DNA from: a virus
Taxonomy: Duplodnaviria > Caudoviricetes
Strand: one strand, 5' to 3'
Virus record (IMG/VR): IMGVR_UViG_2867134129_000001
Coordinates: 18,165 to 82,164 of that record
Length of the DNA stretch: 64,000 nt
The notes under the pieces are model-generated. The model did no database searches, was not told where the DNA came from, and was given only the letters and a program-made list of their open reading frames with translations. The translations under genes and the position numbers were made by a program. This document shows, piece after piece, positions 8,389 through 17,711 of this stretch (positions within the stretch are counted from its first letter, which is position 1; every line of letters begins with the position of its first letter).

Positions 8389-8649
8389 ATGACCACGCAG
8401 ACCGAGACCGCCACCGCCGCCGAGCCGCAGGAGGTGTTCGTCGAGCTCGTCACCATCGACGGCACCCGCTACACCAAGGGCGAGCCCGCCCCGCACGGCA
8501 CCCTCACCACGTACTCCGGCACGAACATGCCCCTCAGGGTCCAGGACTACCGCCACCGCGGCGACTGGGTCGAGATCGGCCTGTCCGACGGCTACGCCCT
8601 GCGCGTCCCCGAGGCGCAGGTCGCCCGTCTCGTGCTCCGCACCTGCTGA
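8389..8649 (+). CDS. Hypothetical protein
   Basis: AAAGGA RBS, strong GC3 bias. Confidence 0.65.
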   Translation: MTTQTETATAAEPQEVFVELVTIDGTRYTKGEPAPHGTLTTYSGTNMPLRVQDYRHRGDWVEIGLSDGYALRVPEAQVARLVLRTC

Positions 8650-8745
8650 CCCCGGCCCGCCCTGTCGCCCCAGCCCCGGACCTCGGTGGCTGGTGGCGGT
8701 GGAGAGGCCCGGAACAGCCCGAGCCCATACCCATGGAGGACCCCC

Positions 8746-8916
8746 GTGTTCGGACGCAAGACGGACAAGCAGTGCGCCCAGCAGGCCGTTGCCGCCGCGA
8801 TCGTCACCGGCACCCAGACCGGCACCGAGCGGGCCGTCGCCGAATCCCTCACCCGCGAGGAGATGCAGCGCGCGAAGGCGTACCTGGAGTCCGGCAAGCC
8901 CCTCACCGGCCGCTGA
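8746..8916 (+). CDS. Small hypothetical protein (MFGRKTDK...)
   Basis: GGAGGA RBS and GTG start. Confidence 0.55.
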   Translation: MFGRKTDKQCAQQAVAAAIVTGTQTGTERAVAESLTREEMQRAKAYLESGKPLTGR

Positions 8917-8949
8917 CCAACCACTCGCTGATCCAGAAGGGACCGCACC

Positions 8950-10302
8950 GTGACGACCAGCCCGCCCCAGGTGAACGGCCGCCCCCGCACTCTGCCCGTC
9001 CTGGGGGAGTGGCAGGCCATCACCAAAGCCACCGAATGGCCCGCCCTCACCGAGCCGGCCGAACCTGCCGGGCCGAAGTCGGACCTGATCGCCGAAGCCG
9101 AAGCCGAAGCGGTAAGGGCCAGGGCGCACGCCGAGGCGGAAGAGCGCCGCCTCAAGGCCCAAGCCGAAGCCGAAGCGGTACGCATCAAGGCCGCCGAGGA
9201 GGCCCGGAAGCTCAAGCTGGCCAACGACAAAGCCGAAGCCCGCGCCATCGAAGAGCAGGCTGCCCGGGATGCCCGCATCGCCGAGTCCGAGCGGAAGAGG
9301 GCAGCAGCCGAGCGCGGCCAGCAGGACGACGAGCGCGCCCACTGCGAGCAGCAGCAGAACGAGGCCACCGCCGAAGCCGAGATTGCTAAGGCGGCCAGCA
9401 CCTGGCGGTTCTACGCGGTCATGTTCTACGCCGTGTGCGCGGTCGTTGCCCTGCCGGTTCAGATCGCTGCGTTCTGGGACCCGAACGCCTGGTGGCTGGT
9501 GATCGCCCCGCTCATGCTCGAAGGCGCCGCGCTCGTCGTCACCAAGGGCGCCGCCGCAGCTGTCGCGGCGAACCGGCCGCACTGGCACTACCGCACCGTC
9601 GCCTGGCTGTTCGCGGCCATCGCCGCCGGGATCAACCTCAAGCACGGGTTGGACGCCTTCGACCCGGCCACCGCGATCGGCACCGCTTTCGCATCGCTCG
9701 CCGGCCCCGGTGTGTGGGACCTTCACGAGCACGGGCGGATCCGGCGGCGTGACGGGGTGCTCACCCGGCGGGAGCGTCGCGCGGCGAAGAAGGCCGCGAA
9801 GCGAGCGGCTGCCGAGCAGGTCACGGCGAAGCTGCACGAAGCCGAGCGGCAGGCCCATCTGGAGAACGCCGCACGCAAAACCGCCAGCAAGCTGGACGCC
9901 GACCGCAAGCAGATGTTCCCCCAGGTCCACGAGCACGCCCTGAAGCTCGCCGCGGACCTCGGCGAGACGGCCATCACCCCGGCGATCTGGCGGCAGGCTA
10001 AGCGCAACGTTGAGGGCACCGACCCGGGCGAGTCAGCCGACACGATCCGCATGCGCAACGCGGCCGAGATGAGGGTCGAAGCCGCCCGTCTCAAGAAGCC
10101 CGTCAGCACCCTCAGCAAGACCACGAATGCGCAGCGTGCCGCCCATCTCCCCCCTGCCTCCACGAAGCCCCGCCCGAAGCCCATTCCCCCCCGCCGGAAG
10201 CGTGGCGACAGCACCCCGTTCCATCCGGCCGCGAAGCGTCTTGCGGCCGACACCGCACGCCGGTCCATGACTGTCCGCATCAACGATGAGGAGAACCGAT
10301 GA
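8950..10302 (+). CDS. Spd-like (DUF2637-like) coiled-coil, multi-TM plasmid spreading protein
   Basis: Coiled coil, about 4 hydrophobic segments, basic C-terminus; upstream of traA/traB. Confidence 0.7.
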   Translation: MTTSPPQVNGRPRTLPVLGEWQAITKATEWPALTEPAEPAGPKSDLIAEAEAEAVRARAHAEAEERRLKAQAEAEAVRIKAAEEARKLKLANDKAEARAIEEQAARDARIAESERKRAAAERGQQDDERAHCEQQQNEATAEAEIAKAASTWRFYAVMFYAVCAVVALPVQIAAFWDPNAWWLVIAPLMLEGAALVVTKGAAAAVAANRPHWHYRTVAWLFAAIAAGINLKHGLDAFDPATAIGTAFASLAGPGVWDLHEHGRIRRRDGVLTRRERRAAKKAAKRAAAEQVTAKLHEAERQAHLENAARKTASKLDADRKQMFPQVHEHALKLAADLGETAITPAIWRQAKRNVEGTDPGESADTIRMRNAAEMRVEAARLKKPVSTLSKTTNAQRAAHLPPASTKPRPKPIPPRRKRGDSTPFHPAAKRLAADTARRSMTVRINDEENR

Positions 10303-10811
10303 ACACCCCGCCCCGTCCCCGCACCGCACCCACGAACGGTGCCGTCCACAACAGCAAGACGCGCACCGGCGGAGGCTTCAACCCGTCGCTCGGATTTTCC
10401 GTGAACAAGACCGTCATGCAGGGCGGTACGGGGGCTGGCGCAGGAGCTGCCGGCAAAACCGGCGGGAAGGTCCCCGGCTCCGACTTCATGTCCAACGAGG
10501 ACATCCGTGCGTTCTGCGAGTACCTCCGCAAGGAGTCCCGGAACCGGGCCACCGAGCGGGCCATGGACGCCGACCACCTCGAAGCCGTCCTCCGCACCAT
10601 CCCCGACGCCGGCGGCAGCCTCCACGGCTCCCGGGCCCGGGCCCGCCGTGTGTCCCGGTGGCTGAAGAAGGTCGCCGCTGCGGAGAAAGCAATCCAGAAG
10701 TACTCCGCGATGGTGTACGGCACGTTCGAGCGCGAGTACGAGTCCGACCTGCGAAAGGTCGGCAAGGGCCGCAACCAGCCCCCGCGCACCAGCAAGTTCG
10801 GCTGGCGCTAA
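10299..10811 (+). CDS. traA: Plasmid transfer protein TraA-like
   Basis: Gly-rich N-terminus, 'DFMSNEDIRAFCE', 'SRARARRVSRWLKK'; position before traB. Confidence 0.6.
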   Translation: MNTPPRPRTAPTNGAVHNSKTRTGGGFNPSLGFSVNKTVMQGGTGAGAGAAGKTGGKVPGSDFMSNEDIRAFCEYLRKESRNRATERAMDADHLEAVLRTIPDAGGSLHGSRARARRVSRWLKKVAAAEKAIQKYSAMVYGTFEREYESDLRKVGKGRNQPPRTSKFGWR

Positions 10812-10853
10812 ACCCCACCCGTACACCCCATCACCCGCTGAAAGGCCACACCC

Positions 10854-11081
10854 ATGAAGCAGACCTGGACCGCAACAACCATCGCCGAAGCCCTCAACCT
10901 CCTCGACGCGGCGACGAAGCAGCTCGAAGCGCAGGCGCTCGCCCTGGAGCCCGGCAGCTTCCACGAGCGTAAGGAAGCCGAGCGCGCCACCCCGATCCAC
11001 CTCGTCATCGACTTCGACCTCACCGACCTCATCCAGCGGACCACCGACAAGCACTTGACCCGACAGACCAGCCACGGCTGA
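10854..11081 (+). CDS. Hypothetical protein
   Basis: AAAGG RBS, in operon. Confidence 0.55.
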   Translation: MKQTWTATTIAEALNLLDAATKQLEAQALALEPGSFHERKEAERATPIHLVIDFDLTDLIQRTTDKHLTRQTSHG

Positions 11082-11115
11082 TCGCCCAACTCGAAGAAAT
11101 TAGGAGAACACCCCC

Positions 11116-13119
11116 GTGGCTGACAGCCCCAAGGCCAACCTGTGGAAGGCCACCACGCACCCCCGCATGAGGCCCTGGCTGACAGTCGCCGCCGAGGTCC
11201 CCGCCACCTTCGCCGCCCACCACTACTGGGGCGACTCCGTACCCGCAGCAATCGGCCTCACCGTCGCAGCCGGAGTACTGACCGCCGCAACCTGGTGGGC
11301 GGGGGAGGGGACCCGGCCCGGACGCCGGATCCACGCCACCCTGTCCACCGGCCTCGGCACCTCCTACCTCGTCGTCGGAACCGCCGTCGGCCCGTTCGAC
11401 CCCGCCCTGGCCTCAACCCTCGTCATCGGCGGCGCCGTGGCCGCAGGGTCGTGGAACATCCGCCAGGCGCTGCGCGTCAACGTCGACCCCCAGAAGTCCG
11501 GCGGCAGCGCCGAGACCGGGATCCTCGTCAAGGCCATCGGCGACGCCAAGGTCGCCCTCCGCGGCAAGCCGAAAATCGAACCCAACAAGGTCACCGTGCC
11601 CCTGCAACTGGCCGCCGGGCAGGTCACCTCCGACGACCTCGGCAACCGCATCAAGCACATCGCCGGCGAGCTCGGCGTCTCCCCGAACAGCATCCGCGTC
11701 ATCCCCGACCCCGACGACGCAGCCCGCGCCACCCTCGTCGTTGTACCCAAGGACGAACTGAAGACCAGCACCATCTGGCCTGGCCCGTCCAACCCGGGCG
11801 GCAGCATCACTGACCCGATCGCCATCGGGATCTACGAGGACGGCGAAGTGGCCGTCCTGTGGTTCCCCTTCGACTCGCACACCAAGAGGAACGCCACCCA
11901 CTTTCTGGCCGCGGGCATGAACGGCTCCGCGAAGTCCACCGGCATCAGCGTCGCCATGGCCGAAGTGCTGACCAAGCCCGACGCCATTGTTTGGGCCGTC
12001 GACCCCTCCAAGGGGCAGCAGACCTTCGCCCCGTTCCTGCCCCACCTCGACTGGGTCGAGATGACCGAAGCCGGCGGCAACGAGATGATCGACGCCCTGT
12101 CCCAGGTCATCACCGCCCGCGCCAACCACCTTGGCCAACACGGCTACAAGAACTGGACCCCGGACGCGTTCGACCAGCTCGGCATGCCTTACATGATCGT
12201 GTGGATCGAGGAAGCCGCGAAATTCTTCCGCAACGGCACCGAAATGGAAGGTCTGGTCATGGAGGCCCGATCCGCCGGGATCAGCGTCATCATCAGCCTC
12301 CAACGCCCCTCCGCCACCAGCATGCCCACCGACGTCCGCGAGCAGCTCGGCGGCGTCCTGTGCTTCGGCGTGAAGGGCTCCACCACCGCCGACATGGCCC
12401 TCCCTGACGACGTCCGCGACGCCGGGGCCCGCCCTGAGGCATGGGAGAACCGCAAGCCCGGCTACGCCTACCTCGTCGCCCCCGGCGTCGACGAGGAGCG
12501 CTACGCCACCCCCCTGCGCACCTACCTCATCGACGACGACCAGATCACCGGGGCCCTTTCCATCCTGCCCCGCACCCCCATCGACCCCGTCACCGCCGCC
12601 GCAGCCGGTGACGCCTACGCCAACCGCACCCGATACGACGCTGACACGCCCCTGACCAGCAGTGACAGCACCCGACAGGAGACAACCGTCATGTCGAACA
12701 ACGAGAACGAACAGGCCGAGAAGGCGCTGCTGGAAAAGCAGGTCGACCGGGAGATCGACGCCATGGTCGGCGACGACCCCGACGACGACGGGTCCGTACC
12801 CGACGTCGACGCCGAACAGGAGATTCCCGCCCCGACCGAGACATGGTCGTTCGGGCAGGCACCGGCGCCGTCTGTAGAGAACACGCCGCAGGCTGGCATG
12901 GAGGCGCTGATGGCCATGCTCGACGAGTTCCGGACCGAGGAGAAGGAGTTCATCGGGCCGCGGGACTTCGGCCCGTTCGGCAAGGGGGAGCGCATCGGAA
13001 GGTCCCGATCCTGGGTGTCAATGCAGCTGGGAGACCTATCAGACGCTGGAGTTCACCTCCAGGAGACCGAGCAGCCGGGCGTCTACCGGCTGCTCTACCC
13101 GGAGCTGGCGGCGGTCTGA
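11116..13119 (+). CDS. traB: TraB FtsK/SpoIIIE-family conjugative dsDNA translocase
   Basis: N-terminal TM segments, Walker A 'AGMNGSAKS', Walker B 'IVWIEEAA', 'ARSAGISVIISLQRP', C-terminal wHTH. Confidence 0.9.
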   Translation: MADSPKANLWKATTHPRMRPWLTVAAEVPATFAAHHYWGDSVPAAIGLTVAAGVLTAATWWAGEGTRPGRRIHATLSTGLGTSYLVVGTAVGPFDPALASTLVIGGAVAAGSWNIRQALRVNVDPQKSGGSAETGILVKAIGDAKVALRGKPKIEPNKVTVPLQLAAGQVTSDDLGNRIKHIAGELGVSPNSIRVIPDPDDAARATLVVVPKDELKTSTIWPGPSNPGGSITDPIAIGIYEDGEVAVLWFPFDSHTKRNATHFLAAGMNGSAKSTGISVAMAEVLTKPDAIVWAVDPSKGQQTFAPFLPHLDWVEMTEAGGNEMIDALSQVITARANHLGQHGYKNWTPDAFDQLGMPYMIVWIEEAAKFFRNGTEMEGLVMEARSAGISVIISLQRPSATSMPTDVREQLGGVLCFGVKGSTTADMALPDDVRDAGARPEAWENRKPGYAYLVAPGVDEERYATPLRTYLIDDDQITGALSILPRTPIDPVTAAAAGDAYANRTRYDADTPLTSSDSTRQETTVMSNNENEQAEKALLEKQVDREIDAMVGDDPDDDGSVPDVDAEQEIPAPTETWSFGQAPAPSVENTPQAGMEALMAMLDEFRTEEKEFIGPRDFGPFGKGERIGRSRSWVSMQLGDLSDAGVHLQETEQPGVYRLLYPELAAV

Positions 13120-13226
13120 CACCTAGGTGTCAGAAGCTAACACCCCTTCTGACCTGCGGTAACACCGGATTCACACCTGAATTCCATGATCATTTGTCGA
13201 TGGAGGTGTGAATCCGGGGTGTTAGC
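13115..13226. repeat. clt-like locus (candidate TraB recognition repeats)
   Basis: 20-bp palindrome TCTGACACCTAGGTGTCAGA, nested IRs and seven ACACC/GGTGT cores immediately after traB. Confidence 0.7.
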
Positions 13227-13333
13227 GCCCTCGCGAGGGTCGATCTCTTAGGTCATGCGCGTGCGCGCGCGAAGTTGGCACCTTCTGGCACCTTGGCTCT
13301 GTCAATCTGCATAAAAGGTAAGGAAGTTCTCAA

Positions 13334-14159
13334 ATGGGTCAGCCTCTCGGCTCGTCCTCCTTCGCACCGCAGTGCGCGGCCACCGCAGGCGAGAAGCCAT
13401 GCCGCGAGGCACCCTCGATCGGCTACCCGGTGCCTCTGTGCGAACCGCACCGCCTTCGAGTCGCCCTCGACGCAGTCCCGGCTGTGCTCGGACGCGCGTT
13501 GGGGAGCGTGGCAAGCCCCGTCGCTGGCCTTGACCTCAATATGGAGACCGGACGGGTGCTGAACGCACCGCCCGCGACATTCAACGAAGGCTTCATACGC
13601 GGGCGGCACGAAGCCGTCGTCTACTTCCTCCTCAACGGAAGTCGCGTGAAGATCGGCTATCCAGTCACTCACCGCACGCCTTCGCGCCCTTGCCCTGAGC
13701 GACACGGCAGTCGTGCTCCTCCTGAGCGGAGGAAGGCTCCTGGAAAGGGCGCTGCACGTCAAGTTCGCTGCGTCTCGGGTCAAGGGAACCGAGTGGTTCG
13801 AGATCACTGCCGACCTTCTGCGATACATCGGGGATCGGCTGGCCCGGCCGGCGGTGAGTGTTCAGGCGATTGCTTCAAGTGCGGCCACCAACGAGGAACC
13901 TGACCTCAAGGCCAAAAATTCTCCCCGACCACAGATGAACGATGCGCGACAAGCGCTCCTGCGCCTCATTGACCAAGCCCAAGCAGAGGGGCAGGACTGC
14001 GTCAGCCCACGTCACCTCTGGGGGAAACATCAGCACACCCTGCGCCGAAGCCGCCCGTGGGTGAGCGCCGAGCTCTCCCGACTGGCCGACGAGGGAGTTA
14101 TCTGCCGGACAGAAGAAGCTGGCATCTACTCCTTCACCCCAGAAAGGACAAACTCGTGA
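13334..14159 (+). pseudogene. GIY-YIG/T5orf172-like nuclease fused to a TraB-like wHTH, frameshifted near 13660
   Basis: 'VVYFLLNGSRVKIGY' in one frame continues as 'SLTARLRAL...ERALHVKFAASRVKGTEWF' in the +1 frame. Confidence 0.75.
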
Positions 14160-14587
14160 AAAGACCCGAAGCGGACGGAGGTCGAGCGAAAGTTCTAGCC
14201 GCCGCACTCCGCACCTGGACCACCGTCGACAACGACCCCGAACCCACCGTTGCACGCCTCGAAATCCGCTACCCACCCCACTGGGCGTTCACCTCCACCA
14301 ACAACATCACCGCCAGGCAGCAGGGCCGCCTTCTCGCGTTCCTTCGCGACGACCTCGCCGAGAACCGGCCCTCCCACTCCACCCCCGAACGCGCCTCCGC
14401 CGTCATCCACGGCCTCCTCGCCGAGCATGCCGCGGCCGGCCGTGACCGCATCACCACTGCCGATCTCACCGAAGCCGCACCCCGGATCGGCCGCTCCCGC
14501 ACCTGGATTGCAGCCCACGTCACCGACCTCATCGACGCCGGGGTGCTCCATGAAACCCGGCGCCCCGACACCTTCCGCATCAACTAG
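14156..14587 (+). CDS. Protein with a TraB-like C-terminal wHTH
   Basis: GTGA overlap, AAAGGA RBS; 'RIGRSRTWIAAHVTDLIDAGVLHET'. Confidence 0.75.
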   Translation: MKRPEADGGRAKVLAAALRTWTTVDNDPEPTVARLEIRYPPHWAFTSTNNITARQQGRLLAFLRDDLAENRPSHSTPERASAVIHGLLAEHAAAGRDRITTADLTEAAPRIGRSRTWIAAHVTDLIDAGVLHETRRPDTFRIN

Positions 14588-14596
14588 GAGGCCCTC

Positions 14597-14791
14597 GTGT
14601 TCACCGGAACCCCTGCCGAGCTTCGCCGCCGTGAGACACGGGCTGCCGAGCACGCCGCCCAGGTTGCCGAGCTGCTCAACGCCATCGGCGACCTAGGCAT
14701 CGGCGTGATCGTTCCCGCGTCGAACCGGGTCATTGGCCCCGGCTTCACCATCCGCCCCGTGAACGGCCGCTGGGCCGTCGACAACCACTAG
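14597..14791 (+). CDS. Hypothetical protein
   Basis: AGGAGG RBS. Confidence 0.6.
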   Translation: MFTGTPAELRRRETRAAEHAAQVAELLNAIGDLGIGVIVPASNRVIGPGFTIRPVNGRWAVDNH

Positions 14792-14800
14792 GAGTTCACC

Positions 14801-15277
14801 GTGCAGCTGCCCGAGCAGCCCGTCGCCGGGCAGCCCGACCCCGCCATCCGCCGCAACGCCGACCAACTCATGGCCGCCATCAACGAGATCCAGGTCGAGG
14901 AGGCCACCTCGTACCGAGACGACACCCCGCTCCCCGCGGTCGGCCTCACCCCGCCCGTGCCGCAGCCGGGCCCGCCCCCGATGTCGCAGTGGGCCATCGA
15001 CAGCAGCGGAGTTCTCAAAGGCCTCAGCGTCGCGTCCCTCCCGGTCGGGGTTGCGGTGTGGCTCGTCGGCCAGGTCGACCCGCTGACCCTCGGCATCATC
15101 CTCGGATCGCCGACTGCCGTAGCCCTCGCCGTGGCCCGTCTGGTTGCGAAGGTCAAGGACGCCAACCGGGACGCCCAGCCCGTCGTTCAGCACTACCACG
15201 GGCCCGTCACCCACGACGAGCGGACCATCAACGCCGACGCCCGCGGGGTTTGGGCCCGCACCTCTAACAATCTCTAG
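14801..15277 (+). CDS. Membrane protein (Spd-like)
   Basis: Pro-rich N-terminus and two hydrophobic helices; AGGAG RBS. Confidence 0.65.
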   Translation: MQLPEQPVAGQPDPAIRRNADQLMAAINEIQVEEATSYRDDTPLPAVGLTPPVPQPGPPPMSQWAIDSSGVLKGLSVASLPVGVAVWLVGQVDPLTLGIILGSPTAVALAVARLVAKVKDANRDAQPVVQHYHGPVTHDERTINADARGVWARTSNNL

Positions 15278-15417
15278 ACCGCCCCACCAGTCACACCAGC
15301 CTCAAGTTTCGACAATCCGCTACGCGCCTGCACTCGTCTGGACTCCACTGGTCTGGGCGGAAGTAAGGCGACCACCACGAACAAGGCCAAGCGCCTTGGC
15401 CGCTGAAGGGGACGAGA

Positions 15418-15717
15418 ATGCCGACCGAGACCGAGACCGATGATGCCTGGATCGGCCCGTATGGCCGCCGACTGCCCTCACCTCCGACGAAGATTGTGAA
15501 CGGCCGTGTCCTGCGACGGCGCTGGGGCGTTGTCGGTCAACGCCGGCACATGCTCGGCGACGCGGAGATCGAGTGCGCCTACATCCTCGACGACGGGCAG
15601 CCTGACGTGGAGCACCACTGGAATCGGTCACCCGGCATGCCCTCGTACCTGTGTGTTACCGGCTGGACTCTGCCCGCCTGTTTCGCTGAGTTCAAGCGGG
15701 CGTGGGGTGCACGCTGA
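15418..15717 (+). CDS. Hypothetical protein
   Basis: AAGGGG RBS. Confidence 0.5.
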   Translation: MPTETETDDAWIGPYGRRLPSPPTKIVNGRVLRRRWGVVGQRRHMLGDAEIECAYILDDGQPDVEHHWNRSPGMPSYLCVTGWTLPACFAEFKRAWGAR

Positions 15718-15783
15718 ACGCTGAACGCCCACCGCAGTCGCCATCCGAACCCCGTGCACCAGCCGACCTGAGAGGGCCTACCA

Positions 15784-16236
15784 GTGACCGATGATCGAAC
15801 CTATGCGTGGCGAATCACCGACCAGACCCCGGAACGTGCAGTTCTGGCCGCAGGTTTCACGTCGTTCGACGAGCCCTTGGCCGAGTGGGATGCGGCCGGG
15901 CCGATCGTGGCCAGCTTCCGTAAGGAGCACCCTGATGTTGGGGCGGTGGACATCTGGGTGTGGATCAAAGATTCGCCGTTCAACGCCGCAGACGATCACC
16001 TGATCCCCTGGGTGTCCGACCGAGACCCGCACGGCAATGACCCTGTACCGTCCGATGCCGCCCGGTACTCCTATGGCCCGACCGTTGGCGAAGATCCTGC
16101 CGGCCGCGCCAGGGCCGACGTTCTGGCCGCGGCACTCAGCAGGTACGACGCCGCCCTCGGCCACGTCGCCGCACGGACAGCGCTCAACGTGGCCGCCCGG
16201 CTCGCCGACCTCGCCGAACGGCGCACGTCGCAGTGA
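15784..16236 (+). CDS. Hypothetical protein
   Basis: GAGAGG RBS, protein-like composition. Confidence 0.55.
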   Translation: MTDDRTYAWRITDQTPERAVLAAGFTSFDEPLAEWDAAGPIVASFRKEHPDVGAVDIWVWIKDSPFNAADDHLIPWVSDRDPHGNDPVPSDAARYSYGPTVGEDPAGRARADVLAAALSRYDAALGHVAARTALNVAARLADLAERRTSQ

Positions 16237-16275
16237 ACGCCTGACTGGGCGCCTGAGCTCCGGCAAGATGATCGC

Positions 16276-16458
16276 ATGGCACTCAGCTTGAGCTTCACTG
16301 GTGAAGGCAAGGACATGACGTTCGACGAGCTCGAAGAGTTCGTCAGGCAGGCCCGCGAAGGCGGGGTACAGGGGGACCGTAACGTGTACGCGGAGCTCAG
16401 CAGCTCGGGGAAGGTGAAGGAGATGCGGGTGCGGCTTGGTGAAGAAGGCGACGATTAG
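16276..16458 (+). CDS. Small acidic hypothetical protein
   Basis: Followed by a 12-bp hairpin at 16472-16499. Confidence 0.55.
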   Translation: MALSLSFTGEGKDMTFDELEEFVRQAREGGVQGDRNVYAELSSSGKVKEMRVRLGEEGDD

Positions 16459-16644
16459 TCACCGCACGACGAAGCCCCGGACCTGGTGGTCCGGGGCTTT
16501 TCTATGTTCCACGCGCGCGATCCAGGATCCGCCCAGTCGATCCGTCGGGAGCAGAGTCACCGTGACGTCCAGCAGCCGGCGCAGCTCATCCAGGGCGTCC
16601 TGGCACTCCTGCCGGGACGCGCCGTGGACCGTGTACCTCGCCAT
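16459..16644 (-). CDS. Small hypothetical protein
   Basis: CAGAAT hexamer 6 nt before ATG (leaderless-type start). Confidence 0.45.
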   Translation of the reverse strand: MARYTVHGASRQECQDALDELRRLLDVTVTLLPTDRLGGSWIARVEHRKAPDHQVRGFVVR

Positions 16645-16692
16645 GCAGGCATTCTGCCGGGGGAGTCGGGATGGTGGGGGAGATCGGTGGAA

Positions 16693-17190
16693 CTAGCCCC
16701 CGGTCAGCGCCTCCTCGTATCCGGGGTGGTCGCTGTACGGCAGGGCGAGGAGTTCCAGGGTGCGGCGAACCCGGGCGTCCCGGCCACAGGACTCCCAGCA
16801 CTCCGGCTCGACGCCGTCCTCGTGGCGGCGCTCCTCGTTGAGATCTTCGAGCGCGGCTGCGGTGCTCGCATCGAGCCCGTCGACTGCTGTTGCGCGAGGG
16901 CACGTCTCGTACTGGTCGGCGCTCACGTGATGCCGGTCAGACAGCGCGCCGTCGATCAGCTGCCGTTTCGCTTCGACTTCCCGCAGGGTGCGGGCCGGGT
17001 CCTGGCGGGCGATGTGGGCTCCCTCGTCTGCCCAGGTGTGCCGCGCTACGGGAGCTCCGTCGCCAGCGCGAACAGACGCCCCTTCCAGCCTCCAAGAGGC
17101 GCCACCTTGCTCGCGGCTGGCTGCCTTGCGCGCGGCCTGGGCGTCGTCATCGAGGCGGGCCTTGAGGAAGGCCACCAAGGCGTCGGTCAT
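16693..17190 (-). CDS. DUF6221-family protein
   Basis: 'LVAFLKARLDDD', 'HIARQDPARTLREVEAKRQLI', 'LLALPYSDHPGY'. Confidence 0.85.
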   Translation of the reverse strand: MTDALVAFLKARLDDDAQAARKAASREQGGASWRLEGASVRAGDGAPVARHTWADEGAHIARQDPARTLREVEAKRQLIDGALSDRHHVSADQYETCPRATAVDGLDASTAAALEDLNEERRHEDGVEPECWESCGRDARVRRTLELLALPYSDHPGYEEALTGG

Positions 17191-17711
17191 GAGGGGTTCC
17201 CTTGTTTCTGCCGTTCGCGGAGTTCGTCGAGCAGCGACGGGTTGACGATCCTGACGATGGTCTCGATGTCACGGTCTTCGGCGGCGGGCCGCAGGATGTC
17301 CCGGGCCGCCCGGTACTTCGCGGCCAGCCGGGTGCGCTGCTCCTCGGACAGCTGTGCTGCCCGGTCGGGGTGGCTGTTGTGCGCGTTGTCCGCGATCTTG
17401 AGGAGGACCGCGTCACGCCCTTGCCCGGCGATGCGGGCGATCTTCTCCTCGTAGGGGACGCCCCGCTCGTTCGTGACCGCCTCGACAAGCGCGACGACGT
17501 AGTCCGGGACGCCAGCTCCACGCAGCTGGTCTGCGGTCCAGTCGGTGTCCTCGGTGACGTCATGCAGCAGCCCCGCCATCACCAGCTCGTCCCCGAACGG
17601 GGCCAGCCCGGCAGCCACGGCACGCACGTGCTCGATGTACGGGACGCCAATCTTGTCGAACTGGCTGGCGTGCACGGCGGTAGCGAGAACGTCCACCTCG
17701 GCGACGTTCAT
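17187..17711 (-). CDS. HD-domain hydrolase, RelA/SpoT HD (small alarmone hydrolase/Mesh1-like)
   Basis: 'H..Q.DK.G.PYIEH', 'AGLLHDVTEDT', 'KIADNAHN'. Confidence 0.85.
   Translation of the reverse strand: MNVAEVDVLATAVHASQFDKIGVPYIEHVRAVAAGLAPFGDELVMAGLLHDVTEDTDWTADQLRGAGVPDYVVALVEAVTNERGVPYEEKIARIAGQGRDAVLLKIADNAHNSHPDRAAQLSEEQRTRLAAKYRAARDILRPAAEDRDIETIVRIVNPSLLDELRERQKQGNPS

Noticed and set aside
8233-9936. Long minus-strand ORFs (also 9723-11075, 33817-35538, 37495-39378)
   Set aside because: Antisense shadows of high-GC genes; the plus-strand frames have RBSs, GC3 bias and recognisable motifs
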